The translations under genes were made by a program, and so were the position numbers. A stretch of DNA of 64,000 bases. It comes from the human T2T-CHM13v2.0 reference genome, Homo sapiens. A model generated the notes under the pieces. It was given only the letters and a program-made list of their open reading frames with translations. It did no database searches and was not told the origin of the DNA. Positions 1 through 12,139 of this stretch are shown piece by piece (positions within the stretch are counted from its first letter, which is position 1; each line of letters opens with the position of its first letter). The DNA is taken from assembly GCF_009914755.1 (NCBI RefSeq), contig NC_060925.1; one strand, 5' to 3'.

Positions 1-88
1 TCTAACCTCCAGAACTGTGAGAAATAAATGTTTGTTGTTTAAATCACCTAGACCATGGTAATTTTTTATAGCAGCCCAAACCAAGACA
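1..88 (+). mobile_element. MaLR (MLT1-type) LTR 3' end fragment
   Basis: Contains 'cctccagaactgtgagaaataaatgtttgttgtttaa...tatagcagccc...aca', typical of an MLT1 LTR 3' terminus. Confidence 0.7.
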
Positions 89-228
89 AACGTAATTGCA
101 ATCAAGTTTCTAAAAATATACAGTTGAAATTAAGAAAATCAAAAATTCAGTTGAAATTAAGAAAATCTAAAATCTAAAATAAAAGTTCTTCTTTAAAAAA
201 AAAAAACTAGGCTAATTTTGATAAGAAA

Positions 229-2045
229 GATCCTTTCCCCATTGCTTGTTTTTGTCAGGTTGCTGAAGATCAGATGGTTGTAGATGTGTGGTGTTATTTC
301 TGAGGCCTCTGCCCTGTTCCATTGGTCTATATATCTGTTTTGCTATCAGTACCATGCTGTTTTGATTAGTGTAGCCTTGTAGTATAGTTTGAAGTCATGT
401 AGTGTGAGGACTCCAGCTTTGTTCTTTTTGCTTAGAATTGTCTTGGCTATACAGGCTCTTTTTTGGTTCCATATGAACTTTAAAGTAGTTTTTTCTAGTT
501 TGGTGAAGAAAGTCAATGGTAGCTTGATGGGAATAGCATTGAATCTATAAATTACTTTGGGCAGTATGGCCATTTTCATGACATTGATTCTTCCTATCCA
601 TGAGCATGGAATGTTTTTCCATTCGTTTGTGTCCTCTCTTATTCCCTTCAGCAGTGGTTTGTAGTTCTCCTTGAAGAGGTCCTTCACGTTCCTTATAAGT
701 TGTATTCCTAGGTATTTTATTTTCTTTGTAGCAATTCTGAATTGGAGTTCACTCATGATTTGGCTCTCTGTTTGTCTGTTATTGGTGTATAGGAATGCTT
801 GTGATGCTTGCACATTGAATTTGTATCCTGAGATTTTGCTGAAGTTGCTTGTCAGCTTAAGGAGTTTTGGGGCTGAGACGATGGAGTTTTCTAAATATAC
901 AATCATGTCATCTGCAAACAGAGACAATTTGACTTCCCCTCTTCCTATTTGAATACCTCTTATTTCTTTCTCTTGCCTGATTGCCCTGGTCAGAACTTCC
1001 AGTACTATGTTGAATAGGAGTGGTGAGAGAGGGCATCCTTGTCTTGTGCTGTTTTTCAAAGGGAATGCTTCCAGCTTATGCCCATTGAGTATAATAATGG
1101 CTATGGGTTTGAAATAAATAGCTCTTATTATTTTGAGATATGCTCCATCAACATCTAGTTTATTAAGAGGTTTTAGCATGAAGTGGTGTTGAATTTTATT
1201 GAAGGCCTTTTCTGCATCTATTGAGATAATCATGTGGTTTTTGTCATTGGTTCTGTTTATGTGATGGATTACATTTATTGATTTCTGTATGTTAAACCAG
1301 CCTTGCATCCCAAGGATGAAGCCGACTTGATCGTGGTGGATAAGCTTTTTGATGTGCTGCTGGATTTGGTTTTCCAGTATTTTACTGAGGATTTTCACAT
1401 CAATGTTCATCAAATATATTGGCCTGAAATTTTCTTTTTTTGTTGTGTGTCTGCCAGGTTTTGGTATCAGGATGATGCTGGCCTCATAAAATCAGTTAGG
1501 GAGGATTCTGTCTTTTTCTATTGTTTGGAATAGTTTCAGAAGGAATGGTACCAGCTCCTCTTTGTACCTCTGGTAGAATTTGGCTGTGAATCCGTCTGGT
1601 CCTGGGCTTTTTTTGGTTGGTAGGCTATTAATTACTGCCTCAATTTCATAACTTGTTATTGGTCTATTCAGGAATTCGACTTCTTCCTGGTTTAGTCTTG
1701 GGAGGGTGTATGTGTCCAGGAATTTAACCATTTCTTCTAGATTTTCTAGTTCATTTGCATAGAGGTGTTTATAACATTCTCTGATGGCAGTTTGTATTTC
1801 TGTGGGGTCCATGGTGATATCCCCCTTATCACTCTTTATTGTGTCTATTTGATTGTTCTCTCTTTTCTTCTTTATTAGTCTGGCTACTATTCTATCTACT
1901 TTGTTAATCTTTTCAAAAAACAGCTCCTGGATTCATTGATTTTTTGAAGAGTTTTTTGTGTCTCTATCTCCTTCAGTTCTGCTCTGATCTTAATTATTTC
2001 TTCTCTTCTGCTAGCTTTTGAATTTGTTTGCTCTTGCTTCTTTAG
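229..2045 (-). mobile_element. Inverted 5' segment of a twin-primed L1PA (ORF2 reverse-transcriptase region)
   Basis: ORFs 346-1413 and 1492-1812 translate to L1 ORF2 RT ([17 protein letters not shown]). The segment abuts the + strand 3' part at ~2045. Confidence 0.93.
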
Positions 2046-3300
2046 GATCCCCTATTTAATAAATGCTGCTGGAAAAACTGGCTAACCATATGCAGAAAAC
2101 TCAAACTGTTACACCTTATACAAAAATTAACTCAAGATGGATTAAAGACTTAAACGTAAAACCTAAAATCATAAAAACCCTAGAAGAAAACCTGGGTAAT
2201 ACCATTCAGGACATAGGCATGAGCAAAGACTTTATGACTGAAACACTAAAAGCAATTGCAACGAAAGGCTAAATTTACAAATGGGATCTCATTAAACTAA
2301 AGATCTTCTGCTCAGCAAAAGAAACTATCATCAGAGTGAGCAGGCAACCTACAGAATAGGAGAAAACTTTTGAAATCTATCCATCTGACAAAGGTCTAAT
2401 ATCCAGAATCTACAAGGAACTTAAACAAATTTACAAGAAAAAAACAACCACATCAAAAACTGGGCAAAGGATATAAACAGACACTTCTCAAAATAAGACA
2501 TTTATGCTGCCAACAAAGATATGAAAACAAGCTCATCCTCACTGATCATTAGAGAAATGCAAATCAAAACCACAATGAGATAGCATCTCACGCCAGTTAG
2601 AATGGAGATCATTAAAAAATCAGAAAACAACATGCTGGAGAGGATGTGAAGAAACAGGAACGCTTTTACACTGTTGGTGGGACTGTAAATTAGTTCAACC
2701 ATTGCAGAAGACAGTGTGGAGATTCCTCAAGGGTCTAGAAGCAGAAATACCATTTGACACATCAATCTCATTACTGGGTATATACCCATGCACACGTATG
2801 TTTATTGCAGCACGGTTCACAATAGCAAAGACTTGGAATCAACCCAAATGCCCACCAATGATAGACTGGATAAAGAAAATGTGGCACATATACACCATGG
2901 AATACTATGCAGCCATAAAAAATAATGAGTTCATGTCCTTTGCAGGGACATAGACGAATCTGGAAACCATCATTCTCAGCAAACTAACACAGGAACAGAA
3001 AACCAATCACCACATGTTCTCACTCATAAGTGGAAGCTGAACAATGAGAACACATGGACACAGGGAGGGAAACATCACACACCAGGGCCTGTCAGGGGGT
3101 GGGGGGCAAGGGGGGGGAGAGCATTAGGACAAATACCTAATGCATGCAGGGCTTAAAACCCAGGTAATGGGTTGATGGGTGCAGCAAACCACCATGGCAC
3201 ATGTATACCTGTGTAACAAACCTGCACATTCTGCACATGTATCCCAGAAATTGAAGCATAATAAATAAATAAATAAATAAAATGAATAAATTTTTTTAAA
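2046..3300 (+). mobile_element. L1PA (L1PA7/8-like) ORF2 C-terminus, 3' UTR and A-rich tail
   Basis: ORF2 C-terminal fragments ([12 protein letters not shown]), G-rich 3' UTR and (AATA)n tail. Likely TSD gataagaaa at 220-228 and 3301-3309. Confidence 0.92.
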
Positions 3301-3379
3301 GATAAGAAAAATCAGTGAGGGAAGGGGGACAAAGAGGAAGTATTTACTTTACCAGGTCAGTATTATACTACACAACCAT

Positions 3380-4560
3380 AGTCATAAAGACAGTTCAATA
3401 TTGGCATTAAAAAAGAAAACAATGGAACAGAAAAGGAAGCTCAAGAAAATATCCAAGTATTTATGGAAGCTTGATGTGTGAGAAAGGTGGCATCACAAAT
3501 GAATGTGAAAAGAATTCAATGTTTAGTAGGGTATACTGGGAAAATTCCCTCTACATATAAAAATAATAAAATCAGAGCCCTGCTTTTAATCATGTAGAAA
3601 TGTGAACTAACAGATGCATTAAAGGCCTAAATGTAAAAGCAGAAACCATAGAACTAATAGAAGATACAGAACGTCTTTGTGACCAAGAGGTAGGAAAGTA
3701 CTTCTTAATAAGATACCAAAATTGTAAACCATTACATATTTTGTGGATTTACTCACCAAAAATCAAATATTTCTGTTCAACCAGGAATATCATGGACAAA
3801 ACAAAGAAACAACAGACAAATGGCATACTAGAAAAAATATGTGCACGTCAAAGTACAACAAAGATTACTATCTAAGATAAATATGTAACTCTTATGAAAC
3901 ATTAGGGACATGATAGAAAATCCATAAAAAACTAGATAAAGCATATAAACAGACAATTCATAGAAAAGAACATGTGAATGTCTAATATTCCTATGAAGAG
4001 ATGTTCAAAATGTACTAGGAATCAAGGAAATGCAGGTTAAAACAATGAAATTCTACTTTATGCCCAACAGAACAGCAAATGCTATAAAACTGAATAATAC
4101 CAAGTAATAAACAATACATAAAGAAATGGGAACCTTCATACATTGCTGGCAGGAGTGTGAATTGCTACGGCTAGCCATTCTGGAAAAAAATTACGGCAAT
4201 ATTTCATGAAATTAAAACAAAATTGAAACTGGATACCTTAGTAGTTGTAAAAGGTACAAATGCACATTCCCTATGATGGAAAACTGGGTGAAATTCTCTA
4301 AGGTACATAAAATGAAAGCATTTTTTATGGGTGAAGTTGGAGAAAAAACTAGATGTCCATTTCTTGGGGAATAGACAAGGAAGAAGTGATAAGTGCATAC
4401 TATGAGTATGTTAGGAGCAATAAATTAGATAAGCATATAACATCAAGGACAAATCATAAAGTCAGAAATCAGATGTGGTCTCTAGCACAATACTAGCTAT
4501 ACAAATCAAAAACACATGTGTGAAACAATACTACATGCTCCCTAAGAATATGTAAATATA
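3380..4560 (+). mobile_element. Old degenerate L1M ORF2/3' fragments
   Basis: A-rich, with decayed L1 motifs ('aatggaacaga', 'ggaaatgcaggttaaaacaatga', 'catacattgctggcaggagtgtgaattg'). Boundaries approximate. Confidence 0.6.
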
Positions 4561-4614
4561 TAAATCCAAGAACACAGATGAAACATATCAGATAGAATAA
4601 GTGCCTATCGTAAC

Positions 4615-4812
4615 AACTAACATTTATTGAACACTTATGTGCTTAGCCCTGTTTTAAATCTACTAACTAATGTACTAATTTAATTCTCAAAACATTTATC
4701 ATTTTTATCCCTACTGTATAACTGAGGAAAATGATGCACAGAGAGGTTGATAGAGCAAGTGGGTGGTAGATGTGGAATTCAAGCCTAGGCAGTCCAGAGC
4801 CTGTGCTCTTTG
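4615..4812 (-). mobile_element. MIR fragment
   Basis: 'tgaggaaaatgatgcacagagaggtt...ggaattcaagcctaggcagtc...cagagcctgtgctctt' resembles the MIR core. Confidence 0.6.
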
Positions 4813-5415
4813 CTTCCCCTATGTTCTCTGTGGAGAGGAGGCAAAAACTCAGGAGGGTAAATGAGAATAGTATGCCATGAATAAATAATTAACCCCCACA
4901 CCTGAGATCTGCTAAAGGAAACAAAGTCTTCAATTACAGGATCTCCTTATTACAACTCCAAGTCAAGGGCTTATATAAAATGAGCAGGCAGATTATTAAA
5001 TATTTGACCCTTTCTGGTTCTAAAATTTTCAAATCCTAATATTTGACTTTATGTTTTCTATGATAGAAGACCCAATCAGATACAGCATATCTGTGAAAAA
5101 AGAAAAATATATTATTTTTCACTTTTCTAGGGCAATCTAAATACTATGTCATAGAAATTAATTCTTAACACAAAGTAGGCACTTTCAGCAGGTAGATTAT
5201 GATTTTAAGTTCTAGATTTTGGCAAACAAAGAAACTGGTTGCTCTGTTTATACACACAATACTAATACCACTAGCTAAATTAGCAGAACATTATTAGGGG
5301 GGAAATATTGTAACTTTAGCCCCTGAGGCTGCAAGTATTGTAGGGGTTATGTTATCATAACAGCTATGACATTTAGAGCAAAATAAAAACAAAGTAAAAT
5401 ACAAAGTAATCTTAC

Positions 5416-5527
5416 AGTAGAATGCTTCCAGAAATGAATCATTTCAGTGATATTTGTTGCAGGATGCAGTAAAAAGTAGTACTTCCATTCATCCCAGTCT
5501 ACTGTCATTGATCCATCACTATCCATG
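5416..5527 (-). pseudogene. SLC25A24P2: SLC25A24-like (SCaMC-1-like) pseudogene, exon-4 equivalent (EF-hand 4)
   Basis: 112-nt exon with polypyrimidine/CAG acceptor (5528-5530) and GTAAG donor (5415-5411). Encodes [38 protein letters not shown], homologous to SLC25A24 [23 protein letters not shown]...IIRFWKHST. P1 vs P2 copy not resolvable here. Confidence 0.85.
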
Positions 5528-5664
5528 CTGAAATTTAAAAAAAAAGAAAATAGTACTTGTAACATTTATATCAAAGTTAGCACCACTATAAAAATAAATA
5601 CTTCTTAAATATTTATTGTTGGAGTCACTCCTTTGGACTTTGTGAAATGACTGTATTTTCATAT

Positions 5665-6055
5665 TGTTATTTAAGTGGACTTTATTTTTTAAGTAGTTTC
5701 AGATTTTCAGAAAAATTGAGACGATAACACAGAGAGTCCCATATGTCCCCACACTCAGTTTCCCCATTGGTAACATTTCACATTATTATTGTTATAATTA
5801 ATGAACCAATATAGCTACATTATTATTCACTAAAGTCCATACTTTATTCAGAGTTTCTTAGTTTTTAACTAATGTCCTCTTTTTGTTTTAGGATCCCAGC
5901 TGAAATGGCACATTCTATTTGTCATCACATCTCCTTAGGCTCCTCTTGGCTATGATAGTTTCTCTTTCCCTGTTTTTGATAACCTTGATAGCTTCAAGGA
6001 GTGCTGATCAGGTAATTGGCAGAATGCCCCTCTAGTGGAATTTATTCCATATTGC
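5665..6055 (-). mobile_element. Old L1M 3' end fragment
   Basis: 'acagagagtcccatatgtcccc...actaaagtccatactttattcaga...atgtcctc...ccttaggctcctcttggct' is typical of an antisense L1MC-type 3' UTR. Confidence 0.6.
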
Positions 6056-7076
6056 TTTTTAATTATTTACTTGTATGTATTTCTCCCATATTTTCCTATG
6101 ATGTTTTGAAGGGAAAGACCAAGTCATCTGTGTATCTCCAACACTTAGCATTCAATAAATATCTGTTGAGTGAATAAATAAATGGGTGAAAAGTGAATAA
6201 AACTGATTGAAGGGTAATTTTATGTCTTTTGGCTCTTCAAATATTATTTTTACTTCTTATCCTCTTCTCCCTATTTATAGCTTTTTAATCAAGTTTAAAA
6301 CAACCTTTTATTTATGAATTTAAAGAGAAGACTCACTTTTTACCATGGAAAATTTAGGATTTACTCAATTTTTAAGCCTCTCAATTTTTTTTAAAAAAGG
6401 ATCAGAAGTTGTTTCATTGTGTCTGACTAAAAGGTGGAATTAGTGAAATGCTTTTTAAGTAGCATTCTTGTAAATACAAATTCTAAAAAACAAATTCCAT
6501 CCTGCCAACGAAAAGATTAGTACAATTTCCAGTTCTAGCCAAGACAAAATAGTGGCTATAGAACTTAGATTGCCACTGTAAACCAATCTGAAACTGGACA
6601 CAATATATGAAAAATTGTTTTCAGGCATTGGTCTACAAACAGGACAGGGTTGTGATACTTAGAGAAGGAAACCGAGAAGTTGAGCTCTCCACTGATTCTC
6701 GTTTCCTGCTGGGGACACTCCAAATTGTAGCATAGATAAGTAGAAGCCTAAATAAAGAACAGGTGGGTAGAATAAACAAAGATTGGAGCTCAGGGCTGCT
6801 GAGAGGGCAGGATTTTCAGGTCAAATTTTGGACAGTGTTCCAGAAACTATACCGGTAACCTTGAATCTTTGGCTGAATACTAAGCTACACTTGACTCCAT
6901 CAGCCTGACAAAAATAGCTGCTGGAGGACTGTGAGTTTATAGAAATTCAGTAGCTGAGCAATATTGGAGTCCAAAAAATAAAGCAAAGATGGAAGTGAGG
7001 GCAAGAAACATTACATACAGGAGGAACTGAAAAAAGCAACCACTGACATCAGAGTCAGCTCTTGATAGCAGACACC

Positions 7077-7378
7077 TTTTTTTTTTTTTTGAGACAGAGT
7101 TTGGCTCTTGTCGCCAAGCCCAAGCTGGAGTACAGTGGCACAATCTTGGCTCACTGTAACCTCCACCTCACAGGTTCAAGCGATTCTCCTGCCTCAGCCT
7201 CCTGAGTAGCTGAGATTACAGGCACCCGCCACCACACCCAGCTAATTTTTGTATTTTTAGTAGAGACAGGGTTTCACCATGTTGGCCAGGCTGGTTTTGA
7301 ACTCTTGACCTCAGGTAATCCACCTGCCTCGGCCTCCCAAAGTGCTGGGATTACAGGCATGAGCCTCTGCGCCTGGCC
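7077..7378 (-). mobile_element. AluS
   Basis: Full-length antisense Alu with poly-T. Degenerate TSD gatag(c/t)agaca(c/t)ct on both sides. Confidence 0.95.
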
Positions 7379-9271
7379 GATAGTAGACATCTTTAGTGAT
7401 AACTTCAAAGTGCTGAAAGAAAAAAAACTGTCAACCTAGAATGCAATTGCAATAAAAATAACCTTCAAAAATGAAGGTGATATAAAGACATTTTCAGGTA
7501 AACTAAATATTCCCTACAAAATTCACCTGTGGGCAATGTGCACCGCTTCAATCTGCTTTGCCTTATGACACTACATTGTAATCATCTGGAATTATCTACT
7601 AGCCTGAAACCCTCAAGTGGGGACTTTGGCTTGTTCACAACTGCATCTTTTGTAGCTGGAGCTATGACTGACATTTATAAAAGTTCTATAAATAAATTTT
7701 GAATAAATCATTGAGATCAGGAATTCATAATTTATCTTAGAGTATGATTCAGCAGGGTATTTCCAATTTTCCAAAAACAGTATAGCAACATATAAGTTTG
7801 TGAGTAAAGGCTTATAAAATATCACTTGTCATATCAATGAAAAAATCCATAGATTGACAACACTCCCAAGTTTTTATCAAACTTGTCCTGTTATTTCTTT
7901 TTTTAAAAAAGCTTTTTTTAATTTTAAGAAAGCTTATTTCTTGTTTAATTACTTATGAATACAGAACATATTCTGTATGATTCCAGTTCTTTATTAAAAT
8001 CTTTTGCATTTCCTTTATGACCCAATGTATGGGCAATTCTTATAAACGCCCTATGTGTGCTTTAGGAAACACATATTCTTCAGTTTTTGAGTGCAATATT
8101 CTATGTATGTTTGCCAGGTAAAGGTTAGTGATGGTATTGCTATATTTAATCTTTAATGGTTAAATCTATACAAATTAGGAACTAGCTTGGGTCCCAAGAC
8201 AGCTAGTCTTTCTGCCCAGCCTCAGAGGCTCCCAGTGACCCCAACCAGGCAGGGAGATGCCTACCTCTACCCATTTCAAAGAAGCAAAGGGACACGACCA
8301 GCTTGACTACGTAAGTCAAGCAGCAGCCATACCCTACCAAAAGCCCATCCCATGGATTCACCCTTAAAGGGAAATAATCCTCAATCATGCATTTCTAAGG
8401 AGCATTGCCCCTAGTCCCACCTATCACGAGCAGCAACTCTGCTTAAACTCAGAGCCCAGCTTATGGTCCTGCCCAACTAAAGAACCCAAATAGTGAAATT
8501 GTTCATTAAAAAAATACACTGTGACTGGCCTGACCAGAAGCCATCACAGTACTGCCTGATAGCAGAGCCCAGCCAGTGGTCTCATCAGATAGTGCAGCCC
8601 AGCCAGTATCTGATACCAGATGTTGATATCAGATGACATCAGAGCAAAGGCAGCATCTCAGCCAACTAGAGAACCCACAACAAGTTCTGCCTGCCAGGGG
8701 TCATCACCAGCTGGTCCTTCCAGAATCACAGGCTGGACTAAATAGTGAAGATTTATCCCTGCCTCAAAACAACTTTAAAGGACAGAAGAGAGGCTGCCTT
8801 GCAAATATGCAGATAACAATACAAGAACACAAGGATTACAGAAAATCAAGGAATCATAACACCTCCAAAAGAAAGTAATAAAGTGCCAATGATAGACCCC
8901 AAAGAAAAGGAGATCTATGAAATTACTGACAAAGAATTCAAAATAATCCTCTAAAAGATCAACATAAAAGTATACAAATATAACATTTAATGAAATTTGG
9001 CAAAACAATACACAAAGTGAGAAGCTCAACGATGAAATAAAAACATTAAAAAGAATCAAGTAGAAATCCTAGAGATGAAGAATACAATGACTGGACTGAA
9101 AAATTCGGTAAAAATTATTAACCACAGATTCTATCTTTCTTCTGATAGAATCAATGGGCCAAAAAATAGAAAATTTGAAATTATCCAGTCAGAGGAACAA
9201 AAAGACAAAAGACTGAAAAAGAATGAAGAAAACCTACAGGAACTATGGGATACCATCAAAAGATCAAACCT

Positions 9272-9583
<312 letters not shown>

Positions 9584-10612
9584 AACCTTTGCATAATAGG
9601 ATAAAGGGCAAGAACATGTATTTAAAGATACATTGGCTAAAGACTTCCCTAATTGGGGATAGATGCCAACATCCAGATATAGGAAACACAGAGATGTTCA
9701 ATCAAATTCAACTCAAAGAAGAGTTCACCAAGACACATAGTAATCAAACCACCAAAAATCAAAGACAAAAAATTCTGAGAGCAGCAAAAGATAAGAAACA
9801 TATCACGTAAAAAGGAGTGCCAATACAACTATCAGTAGATTTCTCAGCAGAAACCCTACAGGCCAGGAGACAGTGAGATGATACATTCAAAGTGCTAAAG
9901 AAAAAAAAACTGCCAACCAAGAATACTTTATCTGCAAAACTGTCATTCAGAAATGAGGCATAAAAACTTTCCCAGAAAAAAGCTAAGGGAGTTCATTATC
10001 ATGAGACCTGCTTTGCAAGGATTGCTAAAGGGAGTTATTTAAGCTGAAACAAAAGGCTGGTAATTAATGACACGAAACAAATGAAAGCACTAAGCTAAAT
10101 GGTGTAAGTAACACAGATACATATTTAGAATATTCTGGGAATGTAATGGTGACAAAGCAATTTTATCCCTGGTGCAAGGGTTAAAAGAAAACTATTAATA
10201 ACTGTAGCTAAAATAAATTGTCGAAAGAAACACATTATAAAATGACATAAATTCTGACATCAAAAGCATAAAATATGGGGAAGGGGCCATAAAAGTACTT
10301 TGCTATGTACAAAGTTGAGTTGTTATCAGCTTGAAATAGGCTATTACAAGTATAAGATGCTCTATGTAGGCCTCATGGTAACCACAAATCAAAAATCTTT
10401 AGCAGAAGGACAAAACAAAAATAGAAAGCATTCAAAGCATTCCACTACAGAAAAATATCAAACAATAAAGGAAGATAGCAAGAGAAGGAGAGAGAAACTA
10501 AGTATCTACAAAACAAGCAGAAAACAATTCACAAAATGGTAGTATTAAGTCCTTACCTATCAAAAATTACCTCGAATGTAAATGTATTAAATAACTGAAT
10601 AGAAAGATATAG

Positions 10613-11001
<389 letters not shown>

Positions 11002-11874
11002 GACTCTTCTTACTTTTAAGGACACATATAATTGAAACTATTTTGGAAAACAAGAGAGCAGGGATAGCTAAACTTATTTAAGACAAAATAGATTTTAAGT
11101 CAAAAATTGTAAAAAGAGACAAAGTAACACATTATATAATGACACAGGACTCAATTCATCAAGAGAACAGAACAGCTATAAATATGTACTCACCCAACAC
11201 TAGACCATGATTTATAAATTATAGGATCTGGAGGGAGAGATATTGCAATATGATAATACTCAGGAGCTTCAATACCCCAGTTTCAACAATGGATATCTAA
11301 TCTAGAAAGAAAATTAGTAAGGAAAGATTGGACTTGACCAACATTTTCAACCAAATGAACCTAACAGACAAATATGAAACCTTTCATCCAACAGAAACAG
11401 AATACACATACTTCTCAAGGGCACACAGAACATTTTCCAAGACAGATCATGTTAGGGCACAAAACAAGCCTCAGCAAATGTAAGAAGACTGAAATAGTAT
11501 CAAATCTCTTCTGACCAAAATGCCATTAAACCAGAAATAAATAGCAACAGGAATTTTGGAAAATTCACAGATCCATAGAAACTGAACAGGCCCTAAACAA
11601 CAAACGAGTCAATGAAGAAATTAAAAGGAAAATTTTAAAAATATCTTGAAACAAACTAAAATGGAAATACAACATACCAAAACTTGTGGGATACAGCAAA
11701 AGCAGTTCTAAAAGTGAAATTTACAGCAATAAATCCCTAGATAAAAAAAGAAGAAACATCTCAAATAATTAACCTAATGTTACACCTAAAGGAACTAGAA
11801 AAAGAACAAACTAAGTGAAAAGTTAGCAAAGAAAAAAAAAGAAATATTAAAAATCAAAGCAGAAATAAATGAAA

Positions 11875-12119
11875 GGCCAGGCGTGGTGGCTCACCCCTAT
11901 AATCCTAGCACTTTGGGAGGCTGAAGCAGGCAGATCACTTGAGGTAAGGAGTGCAAGACCAGCCTGGCCAACATTGTGAAACCCTGTCTCTACTAAAAAT
12001 ACAAAAATTACCTGGTGTGGTGGCACACGCCTGTCATCCCAGCTACTCAGGAGGCAGAGGCAGGAGAATCACTTGAACCCGCGAGGTGGAGGTTGCAGTG
12101 AGTCGAGGTCACACCACTA
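11875..12119 (+). mobile_element. AluS, 3'-truncated (no tail, no TSD)
   Basis: Alu sequence stops at '...gaggtcacaccact' and is followed by unrelated L1 sequence. Confidence 0.9.
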
Positions 12120-12139
12120 TCCACCACTTTCCCTCTGAT

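Noticed and set aside
121-180. 27-bp tandem duplication (also a 16-bp duplication at 39456-39487 and cctatgagg repeats at ~13624-13662)
   Set aside because: Ordinary slippage duplications in AT-rich or L1 sequence with no functional context.
346-1413. 355-aa reverse transcriptase ORF as a novel RT or retron-like system
   Set aside because: It is a fragment of L1 ORF2 in a truncated, inverted and frameshifted element.
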